Shown piece after piece: positions 31,438 to 41,431 of a DNA stretch of 64,000 nt. The notes below the pieces were generated by a model. The model saw only the letters and a program-made list of their open reading frames with translations. It made no database searches and was not told the DNA's origin. The translations under genes were made by a program, and so were the position numbers. The first letter of the stretch is position 1, and each line of letters opens with the position of its first letter. Source of the stretch: Candidatus Bathyarchaeota archaeon (lineage in GTDB: Archaea > Thermoproteota > Bathyarchaeia > Bathyarchaeales > Bathyarchaeaceae); NCBI GenBank assembly GCA_004376295.1, contig SOJZ01000005.1, positions 110,554 through 174,553 of the forward strand, given 5' to 3'.

Positions 31438-31571
31438 GTCTATAAAGGATTCAGTTGAAAAATAAAAAACAATTAAAAGACATGCATTAACTCTATATGC
31501 GCTCTAAAAGAAATCGGGAAAGAAGAAAAAATAAATAAATTCCAAGCATCATGGAAGGGTAGGTGTAAAGA

Positions 31572-32216
31572 ATGGATTTTTTAGTGAAATGGCTGGGTCA
31601 CGCCAGCTTCATTATCAAAGCAGAAGGTAAAACCATCTACATAGACCCTTATGAGGGAGAATACGCCAAGAAGGCGGATCTTGTACTTGTAACTCACTCC
31701 CATCACGATCACTGCAATCCCTCTAAGATCAACAAGGTTCGCAAGGACAACACCATGATCATCGCACCAGCAGACTGCGCCCCCAAGATAGGAGGAAATG
31801 TGAAGACGCTCAAGCCTGGAGAGAAAGCCATAGTAGGAAACATAACCGTGGAAGCCACAGAGGCCTACAATTACAAGCGTTTCAGGTCACCAGGAACCCC
31901 CTATCACCCTAAAGGCCTTGGAGTAGGCTACCTCATAACCGCAGAAGGAAAGACGGTCTATCACGCAGGGGACACCGACTTCATATCAGAAATGAATCGA
32001 TTAGGAAAAATTGACTTAGCCCTGCTTCCCAGCGGAGGCACCTACACCATGGACAACCCTGAGGCTGTGGAAGCTGCCCTCGCCATCAAACCAAAAGTGG
32101 TCATTCCCATGCACCGCTGGGACACCGACCCCACAGAATTCAAAAGAGGCGTCGAGGCTAGGTCACAAATCAAGGTCGTTACGCTAAGGCCAGAACAACA
32201 ATTTACGCTACAATAG
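31572..32216 (+). CDS. metallo-beta-lactamase-fold hydrolase (UPF0173-like)
   Basis: WLGHASFIIK, and VLVTHSHHDHCN as the HxHxDH motif. Confidence 0.8.
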   Translation: MDFLVKWLGHASFIIKAEGKTIYIDPYEGEYAKKADLVLVTHSHHDHCNPSKINKVRKDNTMIIAPADCAPKIGGNVKTLKPGEKAIVGNITVEATEAYNYKRFRSPGTPYHPKGLGVGYLITAEGKTVYHAGDTDFISEMNRLGKIDLALLPSGGTYTMDNPEAVEAALAIKPKVVIPMHRWDTDPTEFKRGVEARSQIKVVTLRPEQQFTLQ

Positions 32217-32251
32217 TGTATAACAAAGATGAAGATAAAAAGTAGAAATGT

Positions 32252-33439
32252 TCATTCCTCAAAACAGTATTCAACTTTTTGAAATTCAGCGCAAAGTTTA
32301 GCAACATCTTTCCTAATGTTTTCTGGCTGTTCTCCATCAACAACAGTTCTCTTAATCAATTCAGCTATTTTCAACATTTCCTCCTCCTTCATTCCGCGTC
32401 TCGCAACCTCACACGTGCCAATCCTAACACCGCAGTCAACAATGATATTTACAGGTTGAAGTCTTTCCGCTATAACTCTGCCTTGCTTATAGCCTCCATA
32501 ATCTAAGAGCACTTGATGAGACTGGGTGAACCCTAAATGTTGACAAACAACAGGAAGCCCATAATCATGCAAGGCTTTGGCTAAGGTTTTTGAGTTGTCG
32601 ATCACTTGTTTTGCGTAGGCTTTACCGAAATTTTTCATTTCAGCTAATGCCAAAGTTAGTGCTGCTATGCGGTTCCAGTGGGCGTTGTCCACAAAGGTTG
32701 GATAGATTTTTGTTTTCATGATTTCTCCATGCTCTTTGTCCGCCAAAATTATGCCTCCTTGAGGGCCGAAAAAGGTTTTATGAGTTGAACCAAACAAGGT
32801 ATATGTGCCTTCCCTCAGCGGGTCTTGAAACTGTTCGCCAGCAATGAGCCCCATAACGTGTGAACCATCAAATCCTACGCATGCACCATTTTCACGGACA
32901 ACTTCAGCTAGCTCTTTAACTGGGTGCGGGAAAGTAATCAGGCTCGCGCCAAAAATCACAAGTTTAGGCTTAATGTGTCTTATAGCCTCTTTTGCTTCTT
33001 CAACTTTTATGTTCATGTCATGTTTCGAAAAAGGGAAAGGCACAGCCTTAAGGCCAAAAAGTCCAGCTAAGCCATCTTTCCACATTCCAGGATATCCGCC
33101 ATTCTCAGGAGAAACACACATAAGCACATCTTTGGGCTTTGCGAAACTAGCTAGGAAAATTAAATCAGCGATATGTCCAGAGAGAGGACGTAAGTCTGCA
33201 GTCTCAGCTCTAAAAACTTCTTTCGCGATTTCTTCGCCGTAGTGCTCGATTTCGTCAATGAAGCTGGTGCCCATGTAAAAGTGATCTCTTGCGGTGTAGC
33301 GGTGTCCAAGATCCGAGGAGAGAAGCTCTCGAACAGCAGGGCTCATAACGTTCTCAGAGGGAATGAGATTCAAGCATTGTTTTCCACGCCACTCTTGATG
33401 CTTCTCAACTAGGCTTAAAATTTCATCAATCAATTCCAA
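32252..33439 (-). CDS. glyA: serine hydroxymethyltransferase
   Basis: LNLIPSENVMSPAVRELLSSDLGHRY, and the PLP-lysine region GSTHKTFFGPQGG. Confidence 0.88.
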   Translation of the reverse strand: MELIDEILSLVEKHQEWRGKQCLNLIPSENVMSPAVRELLSSDLGHRYTARDHFYMGTSFIDEIEHYGEEIAKEVFRAETADLRPLSGHIADLIFLASFAKPKDVLMCVSPENGGYPGMWKDGLAGLFGLKAVPFPFSKHDMNIKVEEAKEAIRHIKPKLVIFGASLITFPHPVKELAEVVRENGACVGFDGSHVMGLIAGEQFQDPLREGTYTLFGSTHKTFFGPQGGIILADKEHGEIMKTKIYPTFVDNAHWNRIAALTLALAEMKNFGKAYAKQVIDNSKTLAKALHDYGLPVVCQHLGFTQSHQVLLDYGGYKQGRVIAERLQPVNIIVDCGVRIGTCEVARRGMKEEEMLKIAELIKRTVVDGEQPENIRKDVAKLCAEFQKVEYCFEE

Positions 33440-33665
33440 CCCCTCAAAGTTCAGGCAATATTACTTCTTTACGCATTTAAGTCATTTTTCTGCTAGAGCT
33501 TCCCAGTGGTCAAGCAGTTTCCCTTTTTTATTCGAGGATTCGTCTAGTTTTAGACTAAACATATGAAAGTTTTTCATTAATTTAGAATTCATTTTATTTA
33601 TAAAGTTGGTCTATAGTTGAATAATCAAAAGAATACTCAAGATTCGCATGATGGTGGCTGCATAG

Positions 33666-35237
33666 GTGACTGATGTTTGCTTTATTTTTGAGGTTCATCA
33701 GCCGTTGAGGCTAAACCGCAATTTTCATCAGGACTTGTTGAGCCGTCGATCCGTGACGAAAAAAGACCTTTTTGAACTTTATTTCGACCATAGGTTAAAC
33801 CGTTACATTTTTGATAGAGCCGCCAAAAAATGCTACTTTCCCTCAAACAACATCATCTTGGAACAAATTGACAGATATAAAAAAGATCGGAAACAATTCA
33901 AGGTGGCCTATGGCATTTCCGGAGTTTTCATCGAACAGTGCGAACACTGGAACACGGATCTTCTTGACTCCTTCAAGCAACTAGCCGAATCCGGATGCGT
34001 AGAATTTCTTGGCCAACCGTATTATCACTCACTTTCCAGCCTATACGGAACAGATCGATCAGAATTCGTTGAACAAATCAATATGCACCGTCAGCTTATG
34101 AAAGACCTCTTCGGATATGAGCCAAGAGTTGTCGAAAACACCGAGTGTTTATATAATAACGCCATCGCCAAAACCGTTGAAGGACTCGGCTACGAAGCTA
34201 CAGTAACGGAGGGCGTCGAAAGGATTCTCGGCTGGAGAAGCCCAAACTACGTATATAGAGCCAAAGATTCCGCTCTTCGCGTTCTGCTCCGCAACTATCA
34301 CCTCTCAGATGACATAGGCTTTCGTTTTTCTTCAACATGGTGGGAGGAGTGGCCCTTGACTGCGGATAAGTATGCAAGCTGGTTGGCGTCAACTCCGGGA
34401 CAGGCTATCACCATTTTCGTCGACTATGAAACCTTTGGTGAACATCACTGGCCGGAAAGCGGAATCCACGAGTTTTTGAGATGGCTACCAAGTAAAGTAC
34501 TTGAATGGGAGCATCTTCAGTGGTGCACTCCTTCGGAGGTTGTCCGCCGAAATGCACCGGTTGGAGAAATTGATGTTTACGACTATAATACAATCTCTTG
34601 GGCAGATCTTGAACGAGACCCGAGCGCTTGGATCGACAACCCCATGCAAAAAATTTGTTACGGCTCCTTGAAAGGGTTAGAACAGCCCGTGAAGGCAACG
34701 GGTGATAAGGACCTGATAAAGTTGTGGCGGTACCTCCAGATGAGCGATCATCTATACTATTTAAGCGTGAAGGGTGGCGGCCCTGGAGATGTACACAGCT
34801 ACTTTAATCCGTGCGGTAGTCCCATCGAAGCCTTTGCAGGATATTCAAGAATTATCTCCGACCTTGAGGCCAGAATTATGCAGGAATTGGAGCGCCCCGA
34901 GCTCATGGCAAAAAGAGTACTGCGCCAGCTTCCAATTGAGAAGAGTTTTACTTTTTTCTATGAGTTTGCACGACCTAGCCAACGTGCTGTTCATAGTTTG
35001 AATGAATTCTATTCCGCTCTTAAGAGCGTCGATCTAAAGTCAATTCGATTTCATGTAGAGCGAGGAGACTTTGAACGGTGGGTCCGTCAAGTTGTCGGGG
35101 ATGACAAGCTGGCTAGTAAGATAGCTGGCCTATCTGATAAAAAATTGATTGGTGAAAAATTACGTAAAAGAATACTTAGTGTTGTTGGGAGAAGGATAGA
35201 AAAACTACAAGAGACAGCGGCCAAGGTTTCGCCATAA
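33666..35237 (+). CDS. GH57-family alpha-glucan hydrolase/transferase with a C-terminal DUF5752-like domain
   Basis: N-terminal FIFEVHQPLRL and FVDYETFGEHHW are GH57 conserved regions. The C-terminal ~100 aa (nt ~34920-35200) are homologous to the regulator at 42806-43360. Confidence 0.8.
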   Translation: MTDVCFIFEVHQPLRLNRNFHQDLLSRRSVTKKDLFELYFDHRLNRYIFDRAAKKCYFPSNNIILEQIDRYKKDRKQFKVAYGISGVFIEQCEHWNTDLLDSFKQLAESGCVEFLGQPYYHSLSSLYGTDRSEFVEQINMHRQLMKDLFGYEPRVVENTECLYNNAIAKTVEGLGYEATVTEGVERILGWRSPNYVYRAKDSALRVLLRNYHLSDDIGFRFSSTWWEEWPLTADKYASWLASTPGQAITIFVDYETFGEHHWPESGIHEFLRWLPSKVLEWEHLQWCTPSEVVRRNAPVGEIDVYDYNTISWADLERDPSAWIDNPMQKICYGSLKGLEQPVKATGDKDLIKLWRYLQMSDHLYYLSVKGGGPGDVHSYFNPCGSPIEAFAGYSRIISDLEARIMQELERPELMAKRVLRQLPIEKSFTFFYEFARPSQRAVHSLNEFYSALKSVDLKSIRFHVERGDFERWVRQVVGDDKLASKIAGLSDKKLIGEKLRKRILSVVGRRIEKLQETAAKVSP

Positions 35238-35289
35238 CATAGAGCATTGCACGCTAAATATAAATCGTGGTTTCGGTTTAAATCGTAAT

Positions 35290-36594
35290 ATGAACGCGAA
35301 GGAATTGAGATGCTTTATTCCAGTTGGTGGTCAAGCGAAAAGGTTAAGACCCTTGACGCACGATGTGTCAAAGCCTTGTGTCAGGTTTTTGAATAGGTCG
35401 TTGATCGAATTTTCGATGGTAACACTGGCTGAACAGGGTGTAAGGCATTTCATTTTTGGAGAGTGTGGTTATACTAATTATTCAAACCTCTTCGATCAGT
35501 ATGGAGAAGGAGTTGGATTTTCAGCAAAGTATAGGATTTCGCCGAGAGTGCATATTAAACATCAACCAAACTTTGACGACTTGGGAAGTGCTGATTCTTA
35601 CAGGCTGAACATGGAATATTATGATGTTAAGGATCCAGTGCTTGTTGTACAGGGTGACAACCTCTTTGACATCGATCTCGATGACTTGATCAAGAAGCAC
35701 GAAGAAAAAGGAGCATTGATGACCATTGCTCTAACAAAAGTGGAAAAGACAGAAGGGTACGGTATAGCCGAGCTGGATAAAGATGTGAGAATTAAGAGAT
35801 TTATTGAAAAGCCTCCTGCAGACAGAGCACCGAGCAATCTCGCTAACGCTGGCATATACCTTCTGTCACCTGAGGTCAGAAGGGAAGTCGAAAGTGAACA
35901 GGTCAAAAAAATAATAGAAGAGAGAAGGAGGCTTGACTTCGGTTTTGACTTCATTCCCTACTTAGTAGATAAGGGATTTCCAGTCTATGGCTACGAATTG
36001 AAAGTATGGTATGATGTAGGAAGTCCAGAAAACTATCTAAAAGCCATGCACGATGTTCTTCATGGAAAGTTGGACATAAGAGTCTCCGAAAGGAGAATTC
36101 TACCAGACAGAAACGTGTGGGTTCAAGGTTACAGCGGGGAATCCATCAAAAGGCGAGAAGAAATACTCAGGAAAATCAGAGAAAACAAATTGTCCATCGA
36201 GGGCGCTGCTCTGATTGGCAGGCACACTCGAATAGGTGATCATTCCAAGATTGCCGATTCAAACGTCGACAACTTTTGTGTCCTCGGTGAGCATGTAAGC
36301 ATTGAGAGATCAGCAATTTTGGATGCCGCAAAAATAGGAGATTATGCTAACGTCTCAGATAGTGTTCTAGGTAGGAAAGTTATTGTAGAGTCAACGCGTG
36401 AAAGTCCTACCCGTATTGAATCAGCCTCTGTCATCGGCAACGCGGTTCATATTGGTGAGGGTTGTAAGATCATAAAAACCAGAATCAATCCTAACCTAAC
36501 AATTTTACCAAGCATGACGTACATTGAGAAGTTTCTGAAAAATTACGAAGATGTTGCTCAGTTAGCAACCCAAGAGTCGCTTAATTCAACTTGA
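35290..36594 (+). CDS. sugar-1-phosphate nucleotidyltransferase with a C-terminal left-handed beta-helix
   Basis: IPVGGQAKRLRPLTHDVSKPCV is a GxGxRLxPLT-type motif. Hexapeptide-like repeats lie near the C-terminus. Confidence 0.8.
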   Translation: MNAKELRCFIPVGGQAKRLRPLTHDVSKPCVRFLNRSLIEFSMVTLAEQGVRHFIFGECGYTNYSNLFDQYGEGVGFSAKYRISPRVHIKHQPNFDDLGSADSYRLNMEYYDVKDPVLVVQGDNLFDIDLDDLIKKHEEKGALMTIALTKVEKTEGYGIAELDKDVRIKRFIEKPPADRAPSNLANAGIYLLSPEVRREVESEQVKKIIEERRRLDFGFDFIPYLVDKGFPVYGYELKVWYDVGSPENYLKAMHDVLHGKLDIRVSERRILPDRNVWVQGYSGESIKRREEILRKIRENKLSIEGAALIGRHTRIGDHSKIADSNVDNFCVLGEHVSIERSAILDAAKIGDYANVSDSVLGRKVIVESTRESPTRIESASVIGNAVHIGEGCKIIKTRINPNLTILPSMTYIEKFLKNYEDVAQLATQESLNST

Positions 36595-36650
36595 ACGCGC
36601 TCTTAAATCTTCGCGATAGCAATCATGAAATTACATATCGGTGTGTCTGA

Positions 36651-37814
36651 ATGAACATTTGTATTGTAACGTGGGAGTTTCCGCCTCGAATCGTGGGAGG
36701 TATTGCCCGTCACTGCGAGGGCTTAGCTAAGGCGCTCGTCCGTAAGGGTCATGAAGTCTATGTTATAACTTTGGATCTTCCAGGCGTACCCTACTACGAA
36801 GAAATAGAAGGGGTCAAGGTCTATCGTACAGCAGTGCAGTTGGGCCATCCTGAGTTTCTTACATGGGCTCTTTTATTTAATCACTTTATGGAGAAGAAGA
36901 TGGCAGAGGTGAGCCGAAAGGTTAAGTTCGATATTATTCATGTTCATGATTGGTTAACTGCATTTGCTGGTATCTCCTTCAAATATTACCTGAAAAAGCC
37001 GATGATCACTACCATTCATGCCACCGAAATTGGTCGAGCGCAAGGTCTTCACAATCCCAGCTCGTTAACTATTGATGGAATAGAATGGTGGTCAACATAC
37101 GAGGCGAGCAAGATCATCGTGACAAGTGACTCGATGAGAAGGGAAGTTTGCGATCATTTCCATCTACCATGGGAAAAAATTGAGATAATCCCCAATGGAA
37201 TTGATTTGACGAAATATAATACATCCGTTGACCGATGGGCAGTTAGAGGGCGTTACGGAGTTAGTCCCCATGAGAAACTGGTTCTCTGTGTAGGCCGATT
37301 AGTTCCTCAGAAAGGGATAGAGTATCTGATTCAGGCGATTCCTATGATAAGTCAACGTCGTCCAGAGGCGAAGTTCATCATTGTGGGTGATGGATGGTTG
37401 AGAGACCACCTTGAAGGCTTGGCTCAATCAACTGGATATCGATGGAAAACCATTTTTACAGGCTTCATTCCAGACTCAGAGGTTATAGCACTAATGACCA
37501 GTGCTGATGCTTTAGTTGTTCCCTCCATCTATGAACCATTTGGCATCGTTGCCCTAGAGGGAATGGCGGCAGGGGCTCCGGTGGTGGCAAGCCAGATAGG
37601 AGGCTTAGCAGAAGTGATTGAACATGATCGAACTGGGATTTTTGCACATTCGCGAAATCCAAGTTCAATTGCTTGGGGAGTTGACCACGTTTTATCCGAT
37701 CCAGATCATTCGAAATGGTTAGCTCAAAACGCCAAAGAAATGGTGCAAAAAACTTATAGTTGGGAGGGAATCGCTACTAAGACTATCAAAGTTTATGAAG
37801 AAGTGACAGGATAG
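36651..37814 (+). CDS. GT4/GT5-type glycosyltransferase, glycogen-synthase-like
   Basis: N-terminal WEFPPRIVGGIARH, and C-terminal YEPFGIVALEGMAAGAPVVASQIGGLAEVI (E-x7-E region). Confidence 0.8.
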   Translation: MNICIVTWEFPPRIVGGIARHCEGLAKALVRKGHEVYVITLDLPGVPYYEEIEGVKVYRTAVQLGHPEFLTWALLFNHFMEKKMAEVSRKVKFDIIHVHDWLTAFAGISFKYYLKKPMITTIHATEIGRAQGLHNPSSLTIDGIEWWSTYEASKIIVTSDSMRREVCDHFHLPWEKIEIIPNGIDLTKYNTSVDRWAVRGRYGVSPHEKLVLCVGRLVPQKGIEYLIQAIPMISQRRPEAKFIIVGDGWLRDHLEGLAQSTGYRWKTIFTGFIPDSEVIALMTSADALVVPSIYEPFGIVALEGMAAGAPVVASQIGGLAEVIEHDRTGIFAHSRNPSSIAWGVDHVLSDPDHSKWLAQNAKEMVQKTYSWEGIATKTIKVYEEVTG

Positions 37815-37823
37815 GAAATAAAC

Positions 37824-38096
37824 ATGAATTCTTCATTTGACCCATCATATAATTCTACGATGCCTGAAGAGTTTCGGCTTCTCTGCATGTTACACAACAT
37901 TGGTGCAACAACCTCAGAAAAATCGTTGCCAATCAAGAAAATATCTGAATGGACCAGAATGGAAATTTCTGCGATACAACTTCAACTTCATAAACTTATT
38001 TCGCTTGATTTTGTTCAACGTATCGAAGCAGAAGGGGTTAACAAGTATCATATTACACTTAACGGGATCAGAAAAGTCCTGAGCACGTATTCTTAA
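37824..38096 (+). CDS. small winged-helix protein
   Basis: 90 aa. KKISEWTRMEISAIQLQLHKLISLDFVQRIEAEGVNKYHITLNG looks like an HTH plus wing. Confidence 0.45.
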   Translation: MNSSFDPSYNSTMPEEFRLLCMLHNIGATTSEKSLPIKKISEWTRMEISAIQLQLHKLISLDFVQRIEAEGVNKYHITLNGIRKVLSTYS

Positions 38097-38110
38097 CGTC
38101 GAGAACAAGA

Positions 38111-39376
38111 CTATTCTTCAGGTCGTTTTGTTCCAATTAACTCATTGTAGAATTCGATTGTTTTTTTAGCGGATGTATCCCAAGTAAACCTCTGAAGAAC
38201 TATTTTTCTGCCGTTTTGACCCAGTTGTACTTTTCTCTGAGAATCTTGTACAGCGTTGACAATTCCCCAGGCGATGTCTGCTGGATCGTTTGGATTGATG
38301 TGAAAGCCACATTGGTCTGGACCATTTGGGACGACAATTTCTTTCATTCCGCTGGCATCTGTAGCTCCTACAACTACAGGTTTTTGCATGCTCATCGCTT
38401 CTAATGCGACAATTCCGAAGGGTTCGTATAGGCTTGGGAAAACGGATACGTCGCATGCTGCGTAGTGGGCGATGCGCTCTTGTTCTGGCACAAATTCAAA
38501 GCGGAATTTCACGGAGTCTTGAAGTTTGGATTTCTCAACTAATGCTTCTAAGTAGCTTCGCATCCCGCCGAGGCCAACTATCACGAGTTTGACGTTTGGA
38601 ACTTTCTCTAGAACGTGGGGCATTGCTGCGATTAGTTTGTCCGCTCCCTTAACCCCCACGAGTCTGCCAATGAAAAGTACCATTGATTCATTGTCTTGAA
38701 TTCCGTATCTGTTTCTTAGTTCCTTTATCTTTTCTTGGCTCACTTTTTCAGGGTTATACTTCTCTGGGTCCACCCCGTTGTAGCACACTTTGATTTTCTC
38801 TGGTGGAAAACCTAATCTTATCAGCTCATTTTTCATCATGTGCGAAACTGTGATTATCATGTCTGCTATCTGTGCACCGCGGTATTCGATGTTGCTGACG
38901 ACGTCTGATCCATTGCCTAACGTTCGTCCTTTCTCTGTGGAGTGTACGTGAAAAACGAGGGGTAAGCCCAGTTCCCTTTTGATTGCGATGCCTGCCATTA
39001 CAGAGAGCCAGTCGTGGGCTACCACTATGTCGTATTTGAATTCCTCTTTTCGAACGAGTTCATTGACTAGTTTTGAAGCGCTTAAGTAGTTGTACACAAG
39101 AAGCTTGGAGAATAACTTGATGCCTCTGCCCCATTTTTTAACGTCTTCTGCAACTACGTCTGGCAGAGAATCTGACACATCGATGTCTATGGGTCTATGG
39201 ATTTCGATGCCTCGCCAGAGTTCTCTGGTTGGAAGACCTCCCGTATCGTCGTTCATGGTAAAAATGGTTACGTCGTGGTCTAGCAAAACGAACTTTCTCG
39301 TAATCTCAGCAGCGTAGGTTCCTAAACCTCCAACAATCTTTGGTGGATACTCGTAGACTAGAACCGCCATCTTCAT
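38111..39376 (-). CDS. glycogen-synthase-like glycosyltransferase (GT4/GT5)
   Basis: YEYPPKIVGGLGTY, and YEPFGIVALEAMSMQKPVVVGATDASGMKEIV. Confidence 0.8.
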   Translation of the reverse strand: MKMAVLVYEYPPKIVGGLGTYAAEITRKFVLLDHDVTIFTMNDDTGGLPTRELWRGIEIHRPIDIDVSDSLPDVVAEDVKKWGRGIKLFSKLLVYNYLSASKLVNELVRKEEFKYDIVVAHDWLSVMAGIAIKRELGLPLVFHVHSTEKGRTLGNGSDVVSNIEYRGAQIADMIITVSHMMKNELIRLGFPPEKIKVCYNGVDPEKYNPEKVSQEKIKELRNRYGIQDNESMVLFIGRLVGVKGADKLIAAMPHVLEKVPNVKLVIVGLGGMRSYLEALVEKSKLQDSVKFRFEFVPEQERIAHYAACDVSVFPSLYEPFGIVALEAMSMQKPVVVGATDASGMKEIVVPNGPDQCGFHINPNDPADIAWGIVNAVQDSQRKVQLGQNGRKIVLQRFTWDTSAKKTIEFYNELIGTKRPEE

Positions 39377-39595
39377 TTTTAGCTTGCTCCGAAAGACATA
39401 GTGTCCGTTACTTGTTTGAAGGGATAAGCTGTATGAAATATACTTCTATTCAAATGTTTCCCTAACTATTCAATTGGTCTAAGCATTTGACTTTAAAGAC
39501 CAGCTTTACGCCGTCAATCTCGGTGACGTACTCAAATCCTAGCTCAATTAACGTCTGTGCTTCTTTGATCCTTTTATAGCCTAAAGTTATAAGTC

Positions 39596-41266
39596 ATGTC
39601 TCAAATAGAATATGGCAAAATGGTGAAACAAATGAATGTAGACGAAGCATTTGAGAAGCTTGCTCAAGAAGGCTTGCAGCAGTTCTTGGACAAAAACCCT
39701 GAAATGGGTACCTTTCTAGGTTTCCATGAGCCCTACGATAAGTTGCTTTCTGATGGCAGCATAGAACAAGTGTACGAAAACTTGAAATTACTGGAAAAAT
39801 GGCTTAACAAGATGCAGACAACGATGAACTTTGATGAACTTAACGAAGAACATAAAATGGATTGGAGGATACTCGAAAAGACTTACGAAAGGTTCAAGTT
39901 TTCCACATACGAACATCGTACGCATGAGAAAAATCCTGAAGCCTTACAAGGCATTGGTTCTATGATTTTCGTAGTGCTGACTAGGGAATATGCGCCCTTA
40001 GAGAAAAGAATCGAAGGCATTGTTTGTCGACTAGAAAAGTTACCGTTATACCTAGAGCAGTTTCGAAGGAGTTTTGAAAAATGTGTGCCAGTAAAGTTAT
40101 GGACTGAAATCGGTATTGAACAAGGCCAACAAATACTTGGTTTCTTCCAGTTTCTTATCGCTGTGACAAAAGGGAGAATCTCAGAAGAGCTCCATCAAAG
40201 ACTTCAAAAGGCAATTGCAGACTTACGTCAACCACTTAATGGACATCTTGAGTGGCTGAAAGCACTGTTGTCAAAGGCAAAGGCTGACTGGGTGCTTGGA
40301 AGGGAAAAGTTTGAAAAACTCTTGAAACTTAGAGAACTCGGAATGAGTGCTGATGAAATTCACGAATTAGGAGTAAAGTTCCTTAGAGAAATAAAAGAGG
40401 AAAGAGCTAGACTAGCTGAGAAGATTTCTCCTGGGAAGACTGTTGAAGAAGTAATGAAAGAAATACAAGCTGACGCTCCCAAAACCTTTGAAGAAGCGTT
40501 AGAATTTACACGAAAAGAAATGGAACGAGCAAAAAACTTTGTACTTGAACATGACATTGCGACAATTGACGAAAGAGAAAAGCTTCATGTTACAGAAACG
40601 CCTTCATTTATGGCCCCCTTAATTCCCTTTGCAGCGTTATGGTTGCCAGGGAAATATGAAAAGACTCAAGAAGGAATCTACATCGTAACCCGTCCGAAAA
40701 ACATCAAAGACTTGGGCAAGGATGCGAATTACGCAAGCATACCAAACACTGCAGTACACGAAGCTTACCCAGGACATTTCTTGCAAACCTCACGTTCAAA
40801 CCGTCTTGGCTCTTTCATTCGATTTCTTGCTCAAGGAACAGAAACCATAGAGGGTTGGGCGCATTACTGTGAAGAGATGATGATGGAACACGGTTTTCAA
40901 GGAGGCTTGAAATCTAGGTTCATGCAGGTAAATGACATCATATGGCGTGCTGTAAGAATGATAGTTGATGTCGAACTTTCCTGCGGAAAAATGAGCTTCG
41001 ACGAAGCAGTCAATATGCTAGTGAAAGAAACCGGAATGTCAAAGAATGGTGCAGTTGCTGAGGTTCGCAGATATACGCAGACGCCTGGATACGCGCTCTC
41101 ATATCTTCTCGGTAAGCATTTAATGTTAAAGTTGCGAGACGAAGTAAAGGATAAAATGGGCGACAAATACAGTGAAAAATTCTTCCATGATGTCATAACA
41201 GCCAACGGATATCTCCCTATATCAAAGCTCAGAGAAATCTTCGAACAGAAACTTGGAAAACTATGA
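39596..41266 (+). CDS. DUF885-family protein (putative metallopeptidase fold)
   Basis: The HEAYPGHFLQ motif and a length of 556 aa. Confidence 0.75.
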   Translation: MSQIEYGKMVKQMNVDEAFEKLAQEGLQQFLDKNPEMGTFLGFHEPYDKLLSDGSIEQVYENLKLLEKWLNKMQTTMNFDELNEEHKMDWRILEKTYERFKFSTYEHRTHEKNPEALQGIGSMIFVVLTREYAPLEKRIEGIVCRLEKLPLYLEQFRRSFEKCVPVKLWTEIGIEQGQQILGFFQFLIAVTKGRISEELHQRLQKAIADLRQPLNGHLEWLKALLSKAKADWVLGREKFEKLLKLRELGMSADEIHELGVKFLREIKEERARLAEKISPGKTVEEVMKEIQADAPKTFEEALEFTRKEMERAKNFVLEHDIATIDEREKLHVTETPSFMAPLIPFAALWLPGKYEKTQEGIYIVTRPKNIKDLGKDANYASIPNTAVHEAYPGHFLQTSRSNRLGSFIRFLAQGTETIEGWAHYCEEMMMEHGFQGGLKSRFMQVNDIIWRAVRMIVDVELSCGKMSFDEAVNMLVKETGMSKNGAVAEVRRYTQTPGYALSYLLGKHLMLKLRDEVKDKMGDKYSEKFFHDVITANGYLPISKLREIFEQKLGKL

Positions 41267-41431
41267 TTCTTTACCATCAAACGGAAAAACATAACTACAG
41301 AAGCAGAAGAGCGAAGAAACCAAAGAACCTACTTTTTTGCAAAAAACCAAAAAGCAAATGAAGTGGTATATTAAGCGGCTGAAAATTTTCGCACTGTGCA
41401 ATTGTGTTTTGTTTTTTGCTTTGAGGAATAT

